IMG/VR virus record: IMGVR_UViG_3300009152_000001
Origin: an uncultured virus (IMG/VR IMGVR_UViG_3300009152_000001)
Lineage: Duplodnaviria; Heunggongvirae; Uroviricota; Caudoviricetes
DNA: 30,934 bases
Direction: 5' to 3' (one strand)
The notes below the pieces were generated by a model, which searched no databases, was not told the origin of the DNA, and saw only the letters and a program-made list of their open reading frames with translations. The stretch's first letter is position 1; each line of letters opens with the position of its first letter. Made by a program: the position numbers and the translations under genes. Positions 25,621 through 30,934 of the stretch are shown one piece after another.

Positions 25621-27051
25621 ATGAAGGTGTACTTCGGCGGAGCCGAGAAGGGTTCGCACCGTAACCTTCTCCTCTCTAACGGTATCCAGCGCGTAGGTGT
25701 AAACCTTACGCACCTAGCGATACCTAAGACCAAAGAGTTCAGTATCCCTGATGTGTATAACAATGCAGAAGTTTTGCTCTACACATCAGAGGGAGATGAG
25801 GACGTATCCCGATATGGGGATTTCGTTAGGACTTACGCTGACGACCTATCAGTCATCATTGGTCGTCCCGACTTCGATGGGGAGTTTCTAGGTGACAAGT
25901 ACGTACCGGTCTGGTCAGATGGCGACGACTTGGAAAGACTGGCGTGGCTTTGCCAGCGTTATGGGCGAGCAGCCATATCAGATAAAGCCATCACACCCAA
26001 GACCCTTCCTCGGATACGGTCACTATCGCAGCGTTGGGACGCCAAGTTGGTCGGGATTACGAGCAAGCCCGACATCATCGAAGCCTTACCATGGGATGCG
26101 GTAGTAGTTGGGTCATGGACTAGCGCCATAAGGTACGGTGAAACTCAGGTATGGGATGGCCACGGCCTCCGTAGGTACCCAGCGCAGCAGAAGGAAAGTT
26201 CCCGGCGCAAGCATCGCGCAGACATCATCCGTCTGGGCGTGGACTTTCAAGAGGTCATGGAAGATAACGTGACCGCTGTTGGAACACTTGCTATCAAGTC
26301 GTGGCAGCAGTGGGAGACTCGCACAGTTGGGGCCTATGACCCCTCCGAAGGTGACGACGAGAGTGAATTCTCTACACTTGATGATGAGCAAATAATTGCT
26401 ATCGAAGGGATTTCACAAACCAGCGGTTTGGTGGATTCTAAGGGTACGAATATTGATATCACCCCCCTAAGAAAGCGGCACGACTCAGAGCGTCTGTTGC
26501 TACCGGTTATGGGTATAGACCGCATAGCCTCCATCGGGTCTAAAACCCTTACAGATCAAGGGGAATCCATCGAAATTGGCCCCGAGGAAACCCCTGTTAT
26601 CCGGTATCAGTCGAACCCTCTAAGGCAGTGTAATAGTTGCTATCTAGCAGCCCGTTGCCCTGCTTTCAAGGAACATTCTGATTGTGGTTTCCGACTCCCC
26701 GTGGAGATACGCACGAAGGACCAACTCAACGCTGTTCTACAGGCCATGATTGAGATGCAGGCAAGCCGTGTTCTATTCGCGAGGTTCGCTGAAGAACTTG
26801 AAGGCCAAGGTCTTGACCCAGCCCTATCGTCTGAAATGGATAGGTTGTTCAGCCTTATCGACAAGTTCAAGAACATCAGCGATACACGTGATGTGTTGCG
26901 CATGGAAGTGGAAGCACGAGGCAGCAGTGGTGTGCTGTCCCGACTCTTCGGTCAGAAAGCGGGTGACGTTGCTCGGCAACTACCCGGTGGTGGACTTGAC
27001 GGTAACCGTACCGACCAGTTCATCTCGGACATTCTTGATGTTGACGACTGA
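25621..27051 (+). CDS. Two-domain protein: putative degenerate TGT-like barrel + C-terminal 4-Cys cluster/helical domain
   Basis: KVYFGG, YVPVW, LVGIT, LPWDAV..GSW.SAIRYG; CNSC-x5-CP-x7-C followed by long helices. Confidence 0.5.
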   Translation: MKVYFGGAEKGSHRNLLLSNGIQRVGVNLTHLAIPKTKEFSIPDVYNNAEVLLYTSEGDEDVSRYGDFVRTYADDLSVIIGRPDFDGEFLGDKYVPVWSDGDDLERLAWLCQRYGRAAISDKAITPKTLPRIRSLSQRWDAKLVGITSKPDIIEALPWDAVVVGSWTSAIRYGETQVWDGHGLRRYPAQQKESSRRKHRADIIRLGVDFQEVMEDNVTAVGTLAIKSWQQWETRTVGAYDPSEGDDESEFSTLDDEQIIAIEGISQTSGLVDSKGTNIDITPLRKRHDSERLLLPVMGIDRIASIGSKTLTDQGESIEIGPEETPVIRYQSNPLRQCNSCYLAARCPAFKEHSDCGFRLPVEIRTKDQLNAVLQAMIEMQASRVLFARFAEELEGQGLDPALSSEMDRLFSLIDKFKNISDTRDVLRMEVEARGSSGVLSRLFGQKAGDVARQLPGGGLDGNRTDQFISDILDVDD

Positions 27052-27069
27052 CACCTCTGTGTGTATGAT
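27041..27069 (+). promoter_or_regulatory. Strong sigma70-type promoter giving a leaderless mRNA
   Basis: TTGACG-17 nt-TATGAT with TGTG extension; ATG 6 nt downstream, no SD. Confidence 0.7.
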
Positions 27070-27075
27070 GGTCAC

Positions 27076-27210
27076 ATGACCACGAAAGACCAAGAGAAGT
27101 TTGATAAGGCAGTCCGCACCCTCGCCAGCATCGCCACGGTGACTCTCATGATGAAGTTCAATCAGGCGGTCTACGACCGTGCTTACGCTCGGGGCATCCA
27201 CAAGCGCTGA
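27076..27210 (+). CDS. 44-aa hypothetical protein (not in ORF track)
   Basis: MTTKDQEKFDKAVRTLASIATVTLMMKFNQAVYDRAYARGIHKR, directly behind a consensus promoter. Confidence 0.65.
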   Translation: MTTKDQEKFDKAVRTLASIATVTLMMKFNQAVYDRAYARGIHKR

Positions 27211-27235
27211 CAGGTGTCAGTTTATAATGCACTCT

Positions 27236-27616
27236 ATGGACTGGTTAGAAGACGCACTGTGCAAGGGTATCAACCCCGACTTCTTCTTTCCTCCTCTTGA
27301 CGCCCAGTCGCCCAACCACTACTACGCCATCGGCAAGTACGTGTGCTACGCCTGCCCCGTGTGGAAGGAGTGCCTCGCCTACTGTGAAAGCAACGATGAG
27401 GTATGGGGACTATGGGGTGGGTTTACCCCACAAGACCGTAAGAAGCCCCATACCCTACGGCATGGGTCCATAGAGTACAAACGCTTCGGATGCACCTGCC
27501 AAGGTTGTCGGGACGCTCCTAACTGGGATGATGTCTATGCAGATGTAGACACGCTACCTAAGAGCGGACAACCTTATGATCTACTATCCCTCGTATACGA
27601 CTTGACAAAAGGATAA
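27236..27616 (+). CDS. whiB: WhiB family transcription factor with extra C-terminal Cys motif
   Basis: W...ALC....PDFFFP, CYACPV..EC, GLWGG; then HG...Y..GCTCQGC; TATAAT 7 nt before ATG. Confidence 0.92.
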   Translation: MDWLEDALCKGINPDFFFPPLDAQSPNHYYAIGKYVCYACPVWKECLAYCESNDEVWGLWGGFTPQDRKKPHTLRHGSIEYKRFGCTCQGCRDAPNWDDVYADVDTLPKSGQPYDLLSLVYDLTKG

Positions 27617-27618
27617 CC

Positions 27619-27822
27619 ATGGATACATCAATCCCCGTTTCCCTCATAGGTGGGACAGCCGAGGTCGCTCACGCTCTAGGTTGCCCCAAACAGCAGATTC
27701 ACGCTCTTCGCCGCCGCAAAGACTTCCCGCAGCCCATTGGCAAGTTGGCGGCTACCCCTCTGTGGAATCTCAACGAGATACGGGAGTTCGGAGCATCATG
27801 GGTTCGTCGCAAAGCACTCTGA
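27619..27822 (+). CDS. AlpA/excisionase-like HTH protein
   Basis: GTAEVAHALG...FPQPI..L...PLW. Confidence 0.8.
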   Translation: MDTSIPVSLIGGTAEVAHALGCPKQQIHALRRRKDFPQPIGKLAATPLWNLNEIREFGASWVRRKAL

Positions 27823-28877
27823 GGTTAGGCGTAGCGTCGGCTGACTGGACGCACCCCAGAGACCACGGTCAACCTTTCGACGTGTGGGGTGGTTCGGGAT
27901 GGGCGCGCGTAGGCAAGTACCTGCCGTTGCTCCCCTTCACCATAAAGGTGGGGCTTCTGGCGTTCAACGGCTCCTATTTCATCATCATGGATAAAGACGG
28001 TAACCAGCATGAGGTTGATGTCATCATCATGCAGCGGCTTACTCACCGGGGCTTGGCTGAGAACATTCTCAAAGCCCGTGCCACCGGCCAGAAGATCATC
28101 AACGACATTGATGACTGGTACTGGGGTGTCGATCCCACGAACATGGCCTTCAAGTTTAACCACCCAAAGGAATACCCTGATGAAAACATCAACCACTACA
28201 AGGGCATATTGAGCAAATCAGATTTGGTAACGGTTAGCACTTCTTACTTGGCTGACCGCATTAGGCCATGGGTGAAAGCGGAGATCGTAGTAGCGACTAA
28301 CACTGTCGATCTGAAGGCTTTCACTCCCCGAAAGCATGTCGATGATGGCCCTCCGGTAGTCGGGTGGGTTGGGTCTACTGCTCACCGCAGCCGCGACTTG
28401 GAAACCGTTGCGGGCATCCTGCGCCCTATGTTCAACAGTGGTGAGATAAGGCTTCATCACAGCGGCAACAACATCCAATATCCATCCTTTGCGTCACGCA
28501 TTGGGGTGCCTTACGACGCGGTGACCACTTTGCCCCTCTCAAGGGCAGAGGATTATCCATCTCTTTTGGTTATGGATATAGGTATCGTCCCTCTCAAGGA
28601 CACACCGTTCAATCGGGCAAAATCTTCGATCAAAGGTTTGGAATACGCCGCCGCGGGGATACCATTTGTGGCGCAAGCGCTTGACTCCTACATCGACCTC
28701 GCCGCTGACGGCATCGGTAGGATAGCCAAGCGGCCCATGAACTGGATCAAGCACCTCAAGTCTCTCTACTCCGCAGAAGTGCGGAATGAGGAGGCGGCTT
28801 TGAACAGGGAACGGCTCGTTGTCTACGACCTTCCTATCGGTGCTAATCGGCTTGCTGACATCATCTCTAACCTCTAA
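27798..28877 (+). CDS. GT-B fold glycosyltransferase
   Basis: IIMQR, DIDDWYW, VTVSTSYLA, VGWVGS, DIGIVPL...FNRAKS.IK.LEY.AAGIP. Confidence 0.9.
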   Translation: MGSSQSTLRLGVASADWTHPRDHGQPFDVWGGSGWARVGKYLPLLPFTIKVGLLAFNGSYFIIMDKDGNQHEVDVIIMQRLTHRGLAENILKARATGQKIINDIDDWYWGVDPTNMAFKFNHPKEYPDENINHYKGILSKSDLVTVSTSYLADRIRPWVKAEIVVATNTVDLKAFTPRKHVDDGPPVVGWVGSTAHRSRDLETVAGILRPMFNSGEIRLHHSGNNIQYPSFASRIGVPYDAVTTLPLSRAEDYPSLLVMDIGIVPLKDTPFNRAKSSIKGLEYAAAGIPFVAQALDSYIDLAADGIGRIAKRPMNWIKHLKSLYSAEVRNEEAALNRERLVVYDLPIGANRLADIISNL

Positions 28878-28886
28878 GGAGCCACA

Positions 28887-29324
28887 GTGTCGGTTGACAC
28901 GAACGAATACATCCAACTCCCCCAACTAGCGTCATGGGGTAACGATGCTTGGCGGCAAGTAGCAGCCTGCCGAGGTACGGATGTAAACGTCTTCTTTCCA
29001 GAGAAGGGGCCGTTGTCGGTAATCAACGCTGGCAAGTCAAAGGTCTTCTGCATGCAGTGCAGCGTTAGGTTTGACTGCCTCAAGTTTGCTGTCGACAACT
29101 TCATCAAGGTGGGCACTTACGGTGGATTGTCTCCTACCGACCGGCGCAGCATCACCTCTGAGAACATCTCTGAAGAGCACACCAAGTTCAGGCTGACCGA
29201 TGCCTACGCCACGCTGAGGCGTGCGAAGGACAAGACCCCGGTTGCCACGTTGTCCCGTATCATCGGGGAGACCGAAGAGTGGGTTAAGGAGCAACTCGCA
29301 AATGGCGGCGATTTCCTCTTCTGA
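28887..29324 (+). CDS. whiB: Second WhiB family protein with C-terminal helical extension
   Basis: WRQVAACRG...FFP, CMQCSVRFDC, GTYGG variant of G[VI]WGG; AAGGAG RBS. Confidence 0.88.
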   Translation: MSVDTNEYIQLPQLASWGNDAWRQVAACRGTDVNVFFPEKGPLSVINAGKSKVFCMQCSVRFDCLKFAVDNFIKVGTYGGLSPTDRRSITSENISEEHTKFRLTDAYATLRRAKDKTPVATLSRIIGETEEWVKEQLANGGDFLF

Positions 29325-29697
29325 TATCCGTTGGCTCAACCGAGCCATCACCCAAGCAGAACAGGCCCCCCACGAACAATGGCGTGTGGGGGCTGTTCTC
29401 GTCAAGGGGGGAAGCCTGCTGAGCGTTGGCTTCAATCGTTACCGTAACGACCCGTCGCAGGTAGAACTGTCTGGCGTTTCATACCATGCCGAGGCCGTCG
29501 CTATCCGTAAGGCAGGGTTTTCTGACGGAGCCACCTTGTATGTGGCGCGGGTCACTAGGTCGGGTGACCTTGGTAGCGCTAAGCCGTGCGCTAGGTGTCA
29601 GGCGTTGCTTGACAAGCATGGGGTGCACACCGTTGTGTGGACTACCCCTGACGGCTTACTCAAGCAACGAGCACGGCAACTATTACTTACCGCTTGA
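29302..29697 (+). CDS. Zn-dependent cytidine/dCMP-type deaminase
   Basis: VGAVLV..G..LSVGFN, HAE, TLYVAR, KPCARC. Confidence 0.9.
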   Translation: MAAISSSDIRWLNRAITQAEQAPHEQWRVGAVLVKGGSLLSVGFNRYRNDPSQVELSGVSYHAEAVAIRKAGFSDGATLYVARVTRSGDLGSAKPCARCQALLDKHGVHTVVWTTPDGLLKQRARQLLLTA

Positions 29698-29904
29698 GCG
29701 GGGTCGTGCGTGACCGATGTGGAAGAACCCACAGTGCGGGCACTTGTACGCTTCCATCATTCCTCTACCACTGCCACCACCCATTACGGTGGGCGCTTGC
29801 TTTGCAGCGCGCTTGGCGTCTGCCTTGCTATGGAACGTGCGCTTGAGATGTCCTTCCTTGGTTCGGCACTGGGTTTCTTCGCTGAATACTTGCTTGAGTG
29901 TCAT
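29683..29904 (-). CDS. Small Zn-binding protein
   Basis: C..K...KRTF...AKRAA...YKCPHCGFFHIGH; TGATG coupling. Confidence 0.7.
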   Translation of the reverse strand: MTLKQVFSEETQCRTKEGHLKRTFHSKADAKRAAKQAPTVMGGGSGRGMMEAYKCPHCGFFHIGHARPRSSGK

Positions 29905-30335
29905 CACGCCACCGGCCACACATAGGGAAGGTCGTTAGGGGTATCAGGCCACATCGGGCCGTAATGGTCTGCGTACTTGCGGATGAGGTTAGACCGGTGG
30001 GATTTGATTACGTCCGAGTCCCACAGCCACCGGGGGAAGTCCACCGTCTGTTGGTCGTCCATAAACTGCTTCAAGTACACGGTCAGTTTGGGTTTGAGGG
30101 AATCTTTGTAACCCCTCTTGACCCACTCGTCACACATCGCGATTCCATAGAGCGTCAGGGCCAACTCGTAACCGTCCCACATCTTCACGGCAGGGTGGTG
30201 CCACCACCCCTTCTGCTCTCCGGTGAGAGCACGGATGATTTGGTACACCTCTACTCGCTGCTTACCTAATCTCTTCATATCAAGTGTTCTGGCCGTTTCA
30301 CTGAACAACGGCCCGTGGGGAACAAACGTCTGCAT
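29904..30335 (-). CDS. MSMEG_6728 / DenV-like pyrimidine-dimer DNA glycosylase family protein
   Basis: MQTF.P...LD.KRLGKQRVE..QI, GW..HPAVKMW, SHRSNL.RK, LPYVWP. Confidence 0.85.
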   Translation of the reverse strand: MQTFVPHGPLFSETARTLDMKRLGKQRVEVYQIIRALTGEQKGWWHHPAVKMWDGYELALTLYGIAMCDEWVKRGYKDSLKPKLTVYLKQFMDDQQTVDFPRWLWDSDVIKSHRSNLIRKYADHYGPMWPDTPNDLPYVWPVA

Positions 30336-30343
30336 GGTGGCTC

Positions 30344-30835
30344 CTAGAGTTCTTTTTGTAGTGTGTCAGGGTTGTAACCGATATCCCAGAGGAAGTCTCG
30401 TAGTCTTGTTATCTCTGCTTGCAATGAGTAGTAGAGATGCTGCCGTGAGATGTTCTCAGCCAGAGCAGTCTTTTCCAAGTGGTCAGGGTTACAGCAAAGG
30501 GTATTACGACATAGGTGGTCAAGGGTTTCCTCCTTGGTGAGTGTCACGTGCTTGTGCTGTTCGTATGACCAGCGGTGGACTTGGTACGCCTTACCTCCAA
30601 CGTACATGCGCCCATACCCCTTATCAACAGGGCCGGTCCACGTCCAGCAGGGTGAGTCGTCCCCATCGAACTTCTTGCTTCGCTTGTCAATGAACTTCCA
30701 GAACTTGTCCTCGGGAAGTTGTGTCTTCTCAATAGCGTGCAGCACACCATCACGCTGTAACTGCTTGTAATGACTAGCGCAAAGGCCCTTAGCCACTGCC
30801 TTGTTATTACACACTGGGCCTCGGCACATGCTCAT
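30344..30835 (-). CDS. HNH endonuclease with N-terminal C..C..C..H domain
   Basis: CWTWTG..DKGYG, HRWSYE, DHLCRNTLCCNPDHL....EN. Confidence 0.9.
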   Translation of the reverse strand: MSMCRGPVCNNKAVAKGLCASHYKQLQRDGVLHAIEKTQLPEDKFWKFIDKRSKKFDGDDSPCWTWTGPVDKGYGRMYVGGKAYQVHRWSYEQHKHVTLTKEETLDHLCRNTLCCNPDHLEKTALAENISRQHLYYSLQAEITRLRDFLWDIGYNPDTLQKEL

Positions 30836-30933
30836 GCGCACTCATACCCCGTTGGCATCAGGATTTCAACACAGTCGTCATCTTGTGGGTCTGACGACAC
30901 CGTGGGGTTGAGGCAGGCATGCAACATTGCGAT
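30832..30933 (-). CDS. 3' end of an upstream gene cut by the window edge
   Basis: Open frame IAMLHACLNPTVSSDPQDDDCVEILMPTGYECA* with ATGA overlap onto the HNH start. Confidence 0.45.
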   Translation of the reverse strand: MAMLHACLNPTVSSDPQDDDCVEILMPTGYECA

Positions 30934-30934
30934 G

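Noticed and set aside
27619..27822. Excisionase implying a prophage or att site at the tRNA
   Set aside because: No integrase and no duplicated tRNA 3' end in the window; AlpA-like HTH proteins are common regulators
27819..27822. CTG start for the glycosyltransferase via a CTGA overlap
   Set aside because: An in-frame ATG with GGAG upstream exists at 27798, so a rare start codon is not needed
30344..30835. HNH gene as part of a self-splicing intron
   Set aside because: Tightly packed against neighbouring genes, with no interrupted gene or room for intron structure

Overview
The window is part of a tailed-phage genome, probably a contractile-tailed phage of an Actinobacterium. The host inference rests on two WhiB genes, an MSMEG_6728/DenV-like gene, leaderless TAnnnT promoters and GC of roughly 55-60% by eye. 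From left to right it holds: the end of a baseplate/tail gene, a small membrane protein and a tRNA with the rare Ile anticodon UAU. Next is a leftward unit (dps plus three small Lys-rich proteins) behind a structured leader. A self-sufficient replication/recombination block follows: an HTH initiator with internal palindromic iterons, a DnaC-like loader, DnaB, primase, SNase, SNF2 helicase, gp32-type SSB, PolA, RecA, two resolvase-like nucleases, a Cas4-like nuclease and a UvsY-like protein. Then come spoVS and a 5.4 kb run of low-complexity ORFans. After these sit a Cys-rich/HAD-like/TGT-like operon and a WhiB-HTH-glycosyltransferase-WhiB-deaminase block. Convergent genes close the window (DenV-like glycosylase, HNH). 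I saw no CRISPR array, integrase, intron, intein or code reassignment. All product calls are from motif recognition by eye; no searches were run.
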